Assembly (NCBI GenBank): GCA_964016885.1
Contig: OZ024743.1
Location: 162,006,001-162,070,000, forward strand
Length of the DNA stretch: 64,000 bases
Reading direction: 5' to 3'
Source of the DNA: Eledone cirrhosa
Taxonomy: Eukaryota
The notes under the pieces were generated by a model. The model saw only the letters and a program-made list of their open reading frames with translations. It ran no database searches and was not told the DNA's origin. Position numbers and translations under genes: made by a program. Positions 42,668 to 56,877 of the stretch are shown here, piece after piece. Numbering within the stretch: position 1 is the stretch's first letter; each line of letters opens with the position of its first letter.

Positions 42668-44369
42668 GCAACAATAAAGACAACAAAAACAACAACAACA
42701 CAAACGTCACAAGTATCCACACACCAAACGAGAAAGACAACAACAACAACAAAGATGAAAACAACTCAAACGACGAGAAACAAAACAATACTAAAATCCA
42801 AAGCGAAAACAAAATATCTTTTGCACAAACGGCTAAATTATCAGTCGCGTATGTGCTTGAAGATATTTCAAAAGCAAAAGAAATGCTGGAAAAAGCCAAG
42901 AAATATGTATCTTTTGGCGAAAACGGTTCGTTTTCTATACATTCACCTCCAGAACTAAAAAAACAGACGGAATTACGAACTGTCGTATTCCGAACAATTT
43001 AAAATAAAACAAAGAAACCAGCGCAACCATCTCAAGCCGAAATTCAGTTAGTCTTGAAAGACGCGATGAGAGACATCACTTTTATACAAAAGGATAAACT
43101 CTATGGGAGTTTATCCATATTGATGAAAGACGAATTGGCGTCGAAAAAATACTCTGTGTCGCCAATTCGGTCCACACACTACACCTTCTTCCCCACCTAC
43201 ATGGGTAAAAAAACCCAGAGGATATGGATAACCACCATCACCCCAAACATAAACTACTGGTGGTTACTAACCGGCTTCCTCAATTTAGACGAGGACAACC
43301 TCATTTCAATAGGGAAGGCATCCGGCGACGCGTTCAGTGGAACGAGCATCGAAGTTCTGACCCAAATAAGGCCAGAACGTATCGCCCAAATCCCTGAGCG
43401 CGTCATGCTGGATGACCGTACCCACCTCAACATTATTGTGGAGGGTAGGCGTCCCTCCTGTTACCTCTGTGGCAATAGAGGTCACCTGAGGGCTGCCTGT
43501 CCCCAGCTCACACAGAAAAAAACACTGCTACCAACACCAACACCGCCCCAACAACAACAACAAAAACAACCACAACAACAACAACAAAAAACAACAACCC
43601 CACCACCACCACCACCACCACAACAACAACAACAACAACAAACACGTGAAGAAATAACACAGAATACCGTCCCACCCAATCCCTCCCCACCCAAAACAAA
43701 TACAAAAACACACACCGCAAACACTACCAGAAAACATACCCCTCCCACCCAACAAGGAAGACGAACCCCTTTCGTCGCAAGACGAAAAAGATCCCTTCCA
43801 ACAAGTAAAAAGAAAGAAGAGGAGACGCACCACAGACACACATGTTAATGTTAACTTTAACCCCCCCCCCCCAAGAGAACACAAACTACACACAAACCAC
43901 CCCTCCCTGTCACACAACACTATCTGCTACACAAAAAAAGACCTTACAATATACATACATGAACACAGACAACAAAGAATTACGGAAAACAATTTCAGCA
44001 AACCCTTCGGTCCAAACCGAAGGGCCTAACTTTAAAACTGCTGTGGGACTACCTCATTTAAAAATGATAAAAGTCCCAATGCACTTGTACAAAACACTGA
44101 AAATAAATTTCACGGAGGACGTGGGCCCCCCCCTGCGCCAAACCAATCAACCGCGTCCTCCTAAAAAATTTCACCCCACCCCACCCCACCAGACACCCAC
44201 TCAACCACAAACACCCCAACCCCACTACACACCGATGCCCCTTCACTTCCACAAACCACCACCCCACCCAACAACCCATCCCCAACCAGCATGGAAATTG
44301 AGCGGCCCGTTTCCCGGGACGCAGAGAGGTAAGTGCCTTTTCTCCTTACCACCAACATGGCTGTGCTAA
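42601..44369 (+). pseudogene. Tx1 ORF1 (gag-like CCHC knuckle), with a stop at 43000 and a frameshift
   Basis: Asn-rich N-terminus, ISFAQT..FGENG, EGRRPSCYLCGNRGHLRAAC; homologous to 62227-63742. Confidence 0.8.
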
Positions 44370-47300
44370 GAGTAGGGTGTCTAAATGCGCGTGGCCTGGG
44401 CTCGTCTTGGAAGCAAGCAATGCTTCTAAATGACCTCAGGTCACAATCTATAAATGTGATGGTTATCTGCGAGGCCCGGATCAGCAGCATGCGACAGCTA
44501 GCCCCCACCTTTGACGACTTTGAGATGCACGCATCTCTCTGTCAGCCCGGAGGTGGGGGTGGGGTTGTCGTTCTGCTGCAAAAACATATGGGCCTTGCAA
44601 CACAGATAGTTCACTTGGACCCAGGTGGTCGACTGGTGGTGCTGGACCTTGGCAGTGGTGAAGGTAGAGCCTTTAGGCTGGTAGCCGCATATGCCCCTTT
44701 TGGGACTGAGCGGCCCGACTTTTTCCAGCGTCTGGAGTCTTTTCTAGGGACGTCCCGTTCCCTGCTTTTAGTGGGGGATTGGAATGGTATCCTGGATGCA
44801 CGTTGGGACTATGCAGGGGCATGTCCCGATAGAGAGGGGTGCAACAGCCTCAAGGGGTTACTCGGCCGATTTGACCTGGCCGATAGATTTCGACTAGATT
44901 TTCCGACGGTGCCAACCTGGTCTTGGTCAAATCGCAGCGGATCATCTTGGTCGTACCTAGATAGATTTTTAGTTAGAAATAAGGACAGGGACTTTTTAAG
45001 TTGTCCAGAAATGCTCATGGTTGGCTATTCAGACCACAAGTTGGGGACCTGCATGGTCAACCTTGATAGAACGCATAGACAGGGCCCCGGTTACTGGAAG
45101 CTCAACTTGTCCTTGCCGGCAAGTAGAGCCTACAGGGATCGGATTAGTACGTTAGTTAAGGAACGGTTGACTGGAGCGATCGTCAACAGCAGGTGGTGGG
45201 TATCTCTAAAGAGAGAGATTAGAGTAGTCTCGATAGAATTTAGTAAGGTTCTAGCTGCGGATAGGAATAGGAAGGAAAGGGAGCTAATAGATAGAGTAGA
45301 AGAGGCTATTAGAAGCGGCGACGTGGCCAGAGTGCTAGCGTCGAGAACGGCTTTGAGCCAGTTTTTCGACGCGAAGCACGAAGGCTGCGTTGTCCGAAGT
45401 AAAATACGTGCTCTAGGGAACGAGGGGGCCAAAGCTGTTAGCTGGGCCCGCGTGACAGAGGCCAACAGTGGAACTAAATCCACCATCCGGTCTTTGCGAG
45501 ACCTGGATGGACGGGCGATTCTTGAGCCTAAGCAGATGTGTGAGGCCTTTCAAAGGCACTTTGCCCGACTGTTCGGGAGGGGCGGGGAGCCGGTTGGGAA
45601 CGTGGACTTCGGTCCATACCTCGACGGCCTGCCGCGCCTCTCGGACAGGGAGGCGAAGTCCTGCGAGGAGCCGATTTCGGCCGCTGAGATAGAGGACGTG
45701 CTGAGCCAATGCGGCAAACGCAAATTCCCGGGTCTCGATGGTCTTCCTTACGAATTATATCTAGCTATGCCGGACTTGTTCCCCGATCTCCTCGAGGCGG
45801 TCTACTGCAACTGGCAACAGAACGGGAGAATTCCCTGTACTGTGACCAAGGGCATAGTCACGCTAGTGAGGAAGGACGAGAACAAGGGGGACGAAATAAG
45901 TAACTTCAGGCCCATAACTCTGCTAAATACAGAGTTACAGATTTTGGCCAAGGTGCTAGCAAAGAGGTTGGCGCTTGTCGTGGGCAACCTGGTGGGAGAT
46001 CCGCAGACATGCGCTATCCCGTCCAGGTCCATCCATGACAACCTCCACCTCATGCGATACATCATAGAGAGGGTTGGGAACGAACCCGGCTTTGGTGGGG
46101 CTCTGATCAACTTGGATCAATCTAAGGCGTTCGATAGGGTCGACCATGGTTACCTGGATGCGGTGCTAGCGGCGTCAGGCTTCGGACCCGTTTTCAGGGG
46201 CTGGATCACTGCTATGCACAGCAGCCGCATCTGCTCTAGGGTCAAGGTGAACGGCTACCTCTCGGAACCGTTCAAAATCGCGCGGTCCATCCGACAAGGG
46301 TGCCCTCTCTCCTCCCTTCTGTATGTGTTGACTCTCGAGCCACTACTGCGGAAGTTGGAGTTGTTGCAGGGCATCCCTTTGGAACCGGGATTGCGGAAAG
46401 CGGTGTCGGCCTACGCCGATGACGTGACAGTAATGGTGTCGACGGCCTCCGAAATCGAGGCGGTCGGCACCTTACTGGAGGAGTACGAAAGGTTCACAGG
46501 GGCTAAGCTGAACCGGGACAAGTCGATCGGTTTGCAACTCGGCACGTGGAGGGGCAGACCGATGCCCTCCGATGGTGTCGTCGGACGCTGGACGGAGGGC
46601 CCGGTGAAGTTGCTCGGGGTCTGGTTCGGACCGGACCTCCAGGTGGAGAAAAACTGGGCGGAGGTTACGAACAGGGTGTTTGCACTGACCCAGAAGTGGG
46701 CCAGTTGCAAACTATCCCTGAAAGGTCGGGCGGAGGTGGCGAACACCTACATAGCGTCCGTCATCTACTACCGCCTGACCGTAGTGCCCTGCCCAAGGGA
46801 AACCCTCACCAAGATGGAGCGCGCACTCTTCCAATTCCTTTGGAAGAAGCGGGCTCCTATGGTGAGGAGATCCATCTGCTGTCAACACCCTTCGAAAGGA
46901 GGGCTGGGGATGCCGTGGCTAATGATGCGTAAACACGCATTAAGGCTACGGCACCTCTACGTATTCCTCACCGGTCAACCGGTGTGGGCCTCGTTTGTGA
47001 GACGAACCTTTCCCAGACTCGTCTCACTCACCGAGCTGCAATCCTGGGTCAAGCAAAGACCGAGAAAACTGGGCGCCTGGCACACTGAGTGTGCCCAGGC
47101 GCTCACCGCCCTCTGGCAGGCGGATCCGGTTATCAGTGGAGACTCCACCGCAACATTCTATAGAGGGCTGGTACGCAGCAGGTGCGACGACGCCCTCGGA
47201 GAAGCCCTAGACATGGAGGAGGACGAACTGGCCAGCCTGTTCGGTAGGACATTCAGCCCGGGACCTATGGACAACTTCCAGAAGTCCCTGGCCTGGCAGT

Positions 47301-47794
47301 GCTACCGAGGGGCTTTACCCGTTCGAGAAAGGCTCTACAGACACGGGCGCCCGGGTAGGGACCCCGCCAAAAAGATCTGTCCCAGATGCGTGTGCGACGA
47401 GGAAACCGTTGCACACGCATTGGTACACTGCTCGGGCGTAGCCGATCTGTGGGGCTATGTCGAACAACTGCTGTCAAGGGTGGGGCCGATCCGGTTGACC
47501 ACCGAGTCTATTGTAATGATCAAGCCGCCTCCCCCCTTCAAAGATGAAGCAGAGGCGGTGTTTCTGTGCGTAATAGCCATGGCGAAAGAGGTTGTATGGT
47601 GGACGCGTCTGAAAGGACTGAGGTCAGGCACCTTTCTCTCTGGCCAACAACTGGTCCGTTTCTTCCGATATCATTTCGGAAGAAGGATCAGGATGGAGAG
47701 AGAGGTGCTCCACCCCAGTCGTTTTTATGAAAGGTGGGTGAAAGTGGCGAGAATGGCCCGTGTGAATGGGCCTTCTCTTTACATAAGCCTGTAG
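44357..47794 (+). CDS. Tx1/L1 ORF2: APE endonuclease, reverse transcriptase and C-terminal CCHC
   Basis: LNARGL, ICEA, VGDWN, YLDRF, SDH (APE); PGLDG, FRPITLLN, LDQSKAFDRV, RQGCPLS, AYADD (RT); CPRC..ETVAHALVHC; uninterrupted. Confidence 0.95.
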   Translation: MAVLRVGCLNARGLGSSWKQAMLLNDLRSQSINVMVICEARISSMRQLAPTFDDFEMHASLCQPGGGGGVVVLLQKHMGLATQIVHLDPGGRLVVLDLGSGEGRAFRLVAAYAPFGTERPDFFQRLESFLGTSRSLLLVGDWNGILDARWDYAGACPDREGCNSLKGLLGRFDLADRFRLDFPTVPTWSWSNRSGSSWSYLDRFLVRNKDRDFLSCPEMLMVGYSDHKLGTCMVNLDRTHRQGPGYWKLNLSLPASRAYRDRISTLVKERLTGAIVNSRWWVSLKREIRVVSIEFSKVLAADRNRKERELIDRVEEAIRSGDVARVLASRTALSQFFDAKHEGCVVRSKIRALGNEGAKAVSWARVTEANSGTKSTIRSLRDLDGRAILEPKQMCEAFQRHFARLFGRGGEPVGNVDFGPYLDGLPRLSDREAKSCEEPISAAEIEDVLSQCGKRKFPGLDGLPYELYLAMPDLFPDLLEAVYCNWQQNGRIPCTVTKGIVTLVRKDENKGDEISNFRPITLLNTELQILAKVLAKRLALVVGNLVGDPQTCAIPSRSIHDNLHLMRYIIERVGNEPGFGGALINLDQSKAFDRVDHGYLDAVLAASGFGPVFRGWITAMHSSRICSRVKVNGYLSEPFKIARSIRQGCPLSSLLYVLTLEPLLRKLELLQGIPLEPGLRKAVSAYADDVTVMVSTASEIEAVGTLLEEYERFTGAKLNRDKSIGLQLGTWRGRPMPSDGVVGRWTEGPVKLLGVWFGPDLQVEKNWAEVTNRVFALTQKWASCKLSLKGRAEVANTYIASVIYYRLTVVPCPRETLTKMERALFQFLWKKRAPMVRRSICCQHPSKGGLGMPWLMMRKHALRLRHLYVFLTGQPVWASFVRRTFPRLVSLTELQSWVKQRPRKLGAWHTECAQALTALWQADPVISGDSTATFYRGLVRSRCDDALGEALDMEEDELASLFGRTFSPGPMDNFQKSLAWQCYRGALPVRERLYRHGRPGRDPAKKICPRCVCDEETVAHALVHCSGVADLWGYVEQLLSRVGPIRLTTESIVMIKPPPPFKDEAEAVFLCVIAMAKEVVWWTRLKGLRSGTFLSGQQLVRFFRYHFGRRIRMEREVLHPSRFYERWVKVARMARVNGPSLYISL

Positions 47795-48068
47795 GTGGAA
47801 AAGAGGAAGGAACGAGGGAGCACCCCCTCTCTGTGCTCCTGAGGAAAAGGGTTGCACACTTTTTTCGGGGGTGTGTGCGACCCCCCAAGGCGCCTCCTCT
47901 CTATTGAGGATTTTGTTACAAATTTTATTTTTTGTTATATTTTATTTTATTTTATTTTTATATTTTGTTATTGCCTCCTCCTTATTGAGGACGCCTTTTT
48001 GTGTAAACTCCCCCCCCTTTGTACTTGTCCCACTTTTGATGCCCTGGTGGCAAATAAAAGAAACATAT

Positions 48069-48113
<45 letters not shown>

Positions 48114-48194
48114 ATGGTTGCAATAAATGCGTCCCGTAGGAGGTATGCCGTTTGAGTACTCGATGCTCGCGCAGAGCAGAGTATATTATTATAG

Positions 48195-48595
48195 ATAACG
48201 AGGAATCAATGATGCATCAAAACACAATTTATTAACATACCTTACATATGTTTCTCAGACGATCAGCTCAAGGCAGGATCTGTGAAAGATCGAACCTGAC
48301 TCTGCATACAAAAGTTCCTCAGATATGTTTTGCACTTTGAAAGCATTTCATCCGATTGAAACAATTCGATCCGTTCCATCGTCAACAATTGACATCATCC
48401 TATTAATACGGCCTTTTCATTGGTTAAGAATTTCTGGCGTCACCGCACTCCTTTGACCACTCAAATACATCCACTGTCTGCAGTTATTCACGCGTGACCT
48501 GTCAATCACCCAAACCTGGTCAGCAAATTTCTACTATGTGGGCACAAACGTATAAATATATCTACCACTACACATGTCTACGCATACACAAATAC
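48195..48595 (-). repeat. PLE-LTR-like unit with HHR, inverted partner of 52795-53168
   Basis: ~380-bp reverse-complement match; HHR at 48234-48328 (-); a further fragment at 42289-42385. Confidence 0.8.
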
Positions 48596-48840
48596 CGACA
48601 CATACACACACATATATATATATATACACACACACATACATACAAACACCCGTACCCGTGCACACACATATATACATATATGTGTACATACACATACATA
48701 CATACACACACGCATACACACACATATATATACATACACATATATACATACTCATATATATACACTCGCATAGATACATAATCCTAAATTCACACACCAC
48801 ATGTATATCTACGCGCACATACCTACACATATGTACACAC

Positions 48841-48900
<60 letters not shown>

Positions 48901-49143
48901 GTATAGATATATATAATTGAGTTCTTAAACACGTGGTTAAAATACCTAACAGGGTTCAATGACCAGCGTGTATATTATTTTATATTTCATGATGACCTCC
49001 CCTTCCCTTTTGGGGACAGTGGGAAATTTCTTTTTGAAGGACTACTGGCTTTTCAAACTTAGCTGTCCTTCTAGCACTGACGGAGACCATCACTAATTAT
49101 TAATATCGATGTAATTTTTTTATATCGATATATTGCATGGGCA

Positions 49144-49266
49144 TCCACTGATGAGTTATAAGGCCCCACTTGTGTGTATATCTATGGACTATATACAAGT
49201 TTCTACATAACCTGGACATTATTTATCCCAACTTGTAGAAATCTTATAACGAAACGATTGTATGGA
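49144..49266 (+). ncRNA. Type I hammerhead ribozyme with long stem II
   Basis: TCCA-CTGATGA-GTTATAAG...CTTATAAC-GAAAC-GATT-GTA-TGGA. Confidence 0.8.
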
Positions 49267-49600
49267 AAGAAAGAGAGATTTATTTAATTATGTCTCATAT
49301 AAAATAATACAACCAGCTATCCACGGAATACTGTATAGTTAGCACCCCAAACACATAATTGGGATTATACTCAGGTATACCCTAATATTTGTTGAGTGAG
49401 ATGGAGTTGGTCAGAGTATCGCTAAAAGCTTTCTCTGTTAATGTATTAAATATATATATATATATACATGGAAAGTTATATTTAAATTGTTGGGTTAACA
49501 ATGAGTAAATATTTATAACTGATATAAAAGCACTCAACAAGTATTTGGAGTATATTTATGATATTAAATAAATGGAAACTATATTTATAAAACCATATTT

Positions 49601-49664
49601 ATTTCGTTATATATATTTCAGGGATATCATATTAACAATATGTTATGCCTTCTTCAGACAAAAT
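49601..49664 (-). ncRNA. Type I hammerhead ribozyme
   Basis: Minus strand ATTTTGT-CTGAAGA-AGGCATAACATATT..AATATGATATCCCT-GAAAT-ATAT-ATA-ACGAAAT. Confidence 0.7.
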
Positions 49665-49810
49665 ACAATATAAACAGTCTTATAAATAAATAGATACGAC
49701 ATACCTTTCAATCACCTTGCATTTGGGAGGTTGATTTGGCAGGTTGATATATATATATATATATATTAAGAGAGTAAAACAAAGAAGCCTTCAATACATC
49801 AAAAGTCTTT

Positions 49811-49855
49811 ATTAGCCGACAATGTTTCGTCCTATTAGGGACTCATCAGGGCAAT
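49811..49855 (-). ncRNA. Hammerhead ribozyme, inverted copy
   Basis: Part of the 145-bp inverted repeat 49765-49910 / 50230-50375. Confidence 0.85.
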
Positions 49856-50284
49856 TCAAACAACAAGAAGTAATAACGGCAGATACAAGCCAGAAGCTCC
49901 GAAGAATATTGCGTGTACATATACAGATGTGTGTATTGTTGTAGGTGTATGTGTGTGTGTGTGTGCACACATATATACATATGCATAATGTACCTTTTGA
50001 TTTTCCATTGTAACTTTAATGTTGGTAAAGGTATAATTATATTATATTACATTATATTATATATGATTCCTGATCTATATAACCACTTTTGTCTAGCTCT
50101 AGTTTTTTTTTGCTTTGGACTATATTTGTAATATGGTTCTTAATGTCACATACATCCTTAGTAATTTTCATTATATATTTTTATTATTTTTATTATATAT
50201 TTTTGCAATACTTTAGTATATGTACACTCCATATTCTTCGGAGCTTCTGGCTTGTATCTGCCGTTATTACTTCTTGTTGTTTGA

Positions 50285-50329
50285 ATTGCCCTGATGAGTC
50301 CCTAATAGGACGAAACATTGTCGGCTAAT
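50285..50329 (+). ncRNA. Canonical type I hammerhead ribozyme
   Basis: GCC-CTGATGA-GTCC ctaata GGAC-GAAAC-ATT-GTC-GGC; perfect consensus core. Confidence 0.9.
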
Positions 50330-50476
50330 AAAGACTTTTGATGTATTGAAGGCTTCTTTGTTTTACTCTCTTAATTTTTCGGCTCTGTTTAACTACATGG
50401 AGCTATATCCTTTTACTGTCATTTCTATAATACGAAGAGGGTGTTTAACTCCAACACGCTCCAGTATTTTAACCTT

Positions 50477-50507
<31 letters not shown>

Positions 50508-50996
50508 ACATACATATATCCCTACATACATGTGTATATGTACATAGACACACACACATAGACACACACATATATATACGTATATATATATACACACACG
50601 CACATAGACAGAAATACATATACACACTCACGTACACACACACGCGCACATATACGCACATATACATATATATATACACACACACACACACATATATATA
50701 TATATGTGTGTGTGTGTGTGAATACATGTATACACACAGACACATATATCTCTGCACACACTCCCACACATATATATATACACACATACATCCACGCACG
50801 CATATAGATACATGACGAGCGTATGGCTGTGTATGTACGTGTGTATGTATGTGTGTAGAGACAGATATATATATATGTATGTATATGCGCGCGTGATGTA
50901 GGTGTGTATATATATATGTGTGTGCAGAGATATATGTGTCTGTGTGTATTCACACACACACACACACACACATATGTATGTAGGGATACATGTATG

Positions 50997-51027
<31 letters not shown>

Positions 51028-51059
51028 CTGTGTGCGTGTGTGTGTGTGTGCGTGTATGG

Positions 51060-51165
<106 letters not shown>

Positions 51166-51195
51166 CTGTAGTTGTGTATGCGTAGACATGTGTAA

Positions 51196-52794
51196 TCTAT
51201 ATATATAAAACTGTGGTTGTCTGTCTGTCTATCGATTTTTGGCACACATCTCCTCTTAGAATCTCTCACGGAATTGCACCGAAATTGCTATACTTGTACA
51301 TTGAGCCCTAGCGAAGACATCGGAAAAAAAAATTTCAAATTGACCCACCCTATGTGACGAAATCGAATATAATGTATCGATTTTTGAGCGTAAGTTATCA
51401 GTTATTTCCCTTTGTTCTGTTTACATTGAGCGTCTTACGTAAAAAATTACGCTGGCTTTAACAGTTGTCGAGCCAGCAAAATATTGACCTGCAAAATTCA
51501 TCAGTTCGAACACTAAGCTTCCGTTTTGCTTCATTTCCATTTAAAAGCATTTTAAAACAATATTTTTACTTGAAAACAAGTCTATTTAAAGACTACGTAA
51601 AACAAGCAAATATTTCGTCGTTAGGCGTGCAGACAGACAGTCGCGCAGACAGACAGTCGTGCAGAGAGGTGATATAGGCGTGCAGACAGACAGTCGTGCA
51701 GAGAGGTGATATAGTCGTGCAGACAGATAGTCGTGCAGAGAGGTGATATACGCGTGCAGACAGATAGTCGTGCAGAGAGGTGATATAGGCGTGCAGACAG
51801 ACAGTCGTGCAGAGAGGTGATATAGGCGTGCAGACAGACAGTCGTGCAGAGAGGTGATATAGGCGTGCAGACAGACATAACTGATAATTTGGTTACGCTA
51901 ATGTTTTTCTCTGCGTTGCAGTGTTTACATTTTCGATCTTTGTTAATAAATAACCAGTGCAGTTTCTAACCCCAGCATCCTCTTTTGTTATAACATTCGG
52001 GTTATCGTTATGTTTTCTTAACTTCATAAGGCATATTGTTGGTTGAGGGAATATTAATCAAAAACACCACATGCAAGTCTGCACAGTAGACACTACAGTT
52101 TTTAAGCCAAGAAAGAAACTTAACATTGTAACTTTAACACAGCTTCATCAGTTCGAACACTAAGCTTCCGTTTTGCTTCATTTCCATTTAAAAGCCTTTT
52201 AAAACAATATTTTTACTTGAAAACAAGTCTATTTAAAGACTACGTAAAACAAGCAAATATTTCGTAAAAAAAAGCAAAAATTATATAAGTTTATTTAAAA
52301 TATATGTATCTGTAAATTTCGTTAGGCGTGCAGACAGACAGTCGTGCAGAGAGGTGATATACGCGTGCAGACAGATAGTCGTGCAGAGAGGTGATATAGG
52401 CGTGCAGACAGATAGTCGTGCAGAGAGGTGATATAGGCGTGCAGACAGACAGTCGTGCAGAGAGGTGATATAGGCGTGCAGACAGACATAACTGATAATT
52501 TGGTTACGCTAATGTTTTTCTCTGCGTTGCAGTGTTTACATTTTCGATCTTTGTTAATAAATAACCAGTGCAGTTTTTATCCCCAGCATCCTCTTTTGTT
52601 ATAACATTGGGGGTTATCGTTATGTTTTCTTAACTTCATAAGGCATATTGTTGGTTGAGGGAATATTAATCAAAAACACCACATGCAAGTCTGCACAGTA
52701 GACACTACAGTTTTTAAGCCAAAAAAGAAACTTAACATTGTAACTTTAACACAGCTACTGAGCGACCCCGAGCAACGCCGGGCTTTACTGCTAG
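51196..52794 (+). mobile_element. Non-autonomous Helitron
   Basis: 5' TCTATATATATAAAA; 3' hairpin CCCGAGCAACGCCGGG then CTAG; inserted between A and T with no TSD; internal ~650-bp duplication and 37-bp minisatellite. Confidence 0.85.
51624..51876 (+). repeat. 37-bp minisatellite (second array at 52325-52488)
   Basis: GGCGTGCAGACAGACAGTCGTGCAGAGAGGTGATATA repeated. Confidence 0.95.
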
Positions 52795-53033
52795 TGGTAG
52801 ATATATTTATATGTTTGTACCCACATAGTAGTAATTTGCTGACCAGGTTTGGGTGATTGACAGGTCACGCGTGAATAACTGCAGACAGTGAACGTATTTG
52901 AGTGGTCAAAAGAGTGCGGTGACGCCAGAAATTCTAAACCAATGAAAAGGCCGTATCAACAGGACGATGTCAATTGTCGGCGATGGAACGGATCGAATTG
53001 TTTCAATCAGATGAAATGTTTTGAAAGCGCAAA

Positions 53034-53125
53034 ACATATCTGAGGAACTTTTGAATGCAGAGTCAGGTTCGATCTTTCACAGATCCTGCCTTGAGCTGAT
53101 CGTCTGAGAAACATATGTAATATGT
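53034..53125 (+). ncRNA. Hammerhead ribozyme with branched or irregular stem II
   Basis: ACATAT-CTGAGGA-...-GAAAC-ATAT-GTA-ATATGT. Confidence 0.65.
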
Positions 53126-53397
53126 CAACAAATTGTGTTTTAATGCATCACTGATTCCTAGTTATTTATAATATATATATAAATGGCGTAGACATACAAT
53201 ACAACAGGAGGAAACATATATATGTATTTATATCTGTAATTTTGACCGTTGGTCAGTCAGTGATAAACATTGATGGCCAAATGAATTAATTATGGAGATA
53301 TAAAAGATACAGAAGCGAAAACCAACCAAACAGTGAGTGTGTCCCGTTATTATTTCTGGCAATATTATTACAACAATATGACCCTCCCCAAGTATAT

Positions 53398-53462
<65 letters not shown>

Positions 53463-53656
53463 GATAAATCTACCAAGAGTTTACGGTAGTGTCCAATCCG
53501 TATGAAGAACTCAATGTAATCCGGATATCATGGAAAGAAGAGATGCAATGAAAAATCACTTTCGGTGAAAGATAAACGGAATACAGAGTCAAGATAAAAT
53601 ATAAAAAAAATAATGAATAAAACAATGAAACAGTTCCTTATATTAAACAAAAAAAG

Positions 53657-53810
53657 TTCATTATTTAACGATCGTTTCTGGGATATATATGTGTTAGAAT
53701 TGGCATGTATATTTAACAGATCTATGTACAAAATTATACAAAATTATACAAACTATCAAAATTAAATATACATCCCAACTCATATATATGCCGTCTTCAG
53801 AAATAATGAA
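53657..53810 (-). ncRNA. Hammerhead ribozyme with long stem II
   Basis: Minus strand TTCATTATTT-CTGAAGA-CGG...CCCA-GAAAC-GATC-GTT-AAATAATGAA; 10-bp helix I. Confidence 0.8.
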
Positions 53811-54064
53811 ATATATTTATTGATAATAACAACAATTCAAAATTACAGGTCTGTTTGGGAACAGAGTTCAAATTGACCAATGGAAACACAAAAAGTTTAT
53901 ACAGTTAGGTGTGTGTATATATGTAAGTAACTTCGTTCACAGATATGCATAAAAATATATGTTCACATGCATACGCATGCCGAAAAGATGTATGTAAATA
54001 CAAAAATTCAGGGCTAATGTCTCTGTATGTTTATAATCTACAGATAAAATACATATACGCATAT

Positions 54065-56140
<2,076 letters not shown>

Positions 56141-56413
56141 TATGCGTATATGTATTTTATCTGTAGATTATAAACATACAGAGACATTAGCCCTGAATTT
56201 TTGTATTTACATACATCTTTTCGGCATGCGTATGCATGTGAACATATATTTTTATGCATATCTGTGAACGAAGTTACTTACATATATACACACACCTAAC
56301 TGTATAAACTATTTGTGTTTCCATTGGTCAATTTGAACTCTGTTCCCAAACAGACCTGTAATTTTGAATTGTTGTTATTATCAATAAATATATTTCATTA
56401 TTTCTGAAGACGG

Positions 56414-56593
56414 AGGTCTTGGCAGTATCGGTAGAGGGTTGGACGCCATACTTTCTAGCATAGTTACGTCCCTTTACAGTCTGAGTTCAAATCCCGCCGA
56501 GGTTAACTTTGCCTTTCATCCTTACGGGGTCGATAAAATAAAGTACCAGTAATGTACTGGGTAGTTGCTGGCCTTGTGCCTAAAGTAGAAACA
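56414..56593 (+). mobile_element. SINE family A inserted in an HHR core, 17-bp TSD
   Basis: ATTATTTCTGAAGACGG at 56397-56413 and 56594-56610; the inverted arm at ~53790-53810 shows the empty site. Confidence 0.9.
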
Positions 56594-56741
56594 ATTATTT
56601 CTGAAGACGGCATATATATGAGTTGGTATGTATATTTAATTTTGATAGTTTGTATAATTTTGTATAATTTTGTACATAGATCTGTTAAATATACATGCCA
56701 ATTCTAACACATATATATCCCAGAAACGATCGTTAAATAAT
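56594..56741 (+). ncRNA. Hammerhead ribozyme regenerated by the TSD
   Basis: ATTATTT-CTGAAGA-CGG...CCCA-GAAAC-GATC-GTT-AAATAAT. Confidence 0.75.
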
Positions 56742-56798
56742 GAACTTTTTTTGTTTAATATAAGGAACTGTTTCATTGTTTTATTCATTATTTTTTAA

Positions 56799-56874
<76 letters not shown>

Positions 56875-56877
56875 TAT

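Larger units (their letters stand above)
42430..48070 (+). mobile_element. Tx1-clade (L1 group) LINE, near full length
   Basis: 5' ~38-bp tandem repeats (ACAACCCTGACCTAGTTCTCTCTCAGTTT); ORF1 with CYLCGNRGHLRAAC knuckle; intact ORF2; AATAAA at ~48052 then (TA)n. Confidence 0.9.

Noticed and set aside
44809-47888. Several antisense and alternative-frame ORFs over Tx1 ORF2
   Set aside because: Expected by-products of a GC-rich coding sequence; no motifs
51624-52488. 37-bp repeats resembling a CRISPR array
   Set aside because: Head-to-tail with no unique spacers, inside a Helitron, in eukaryotic DNA, with no cas genes
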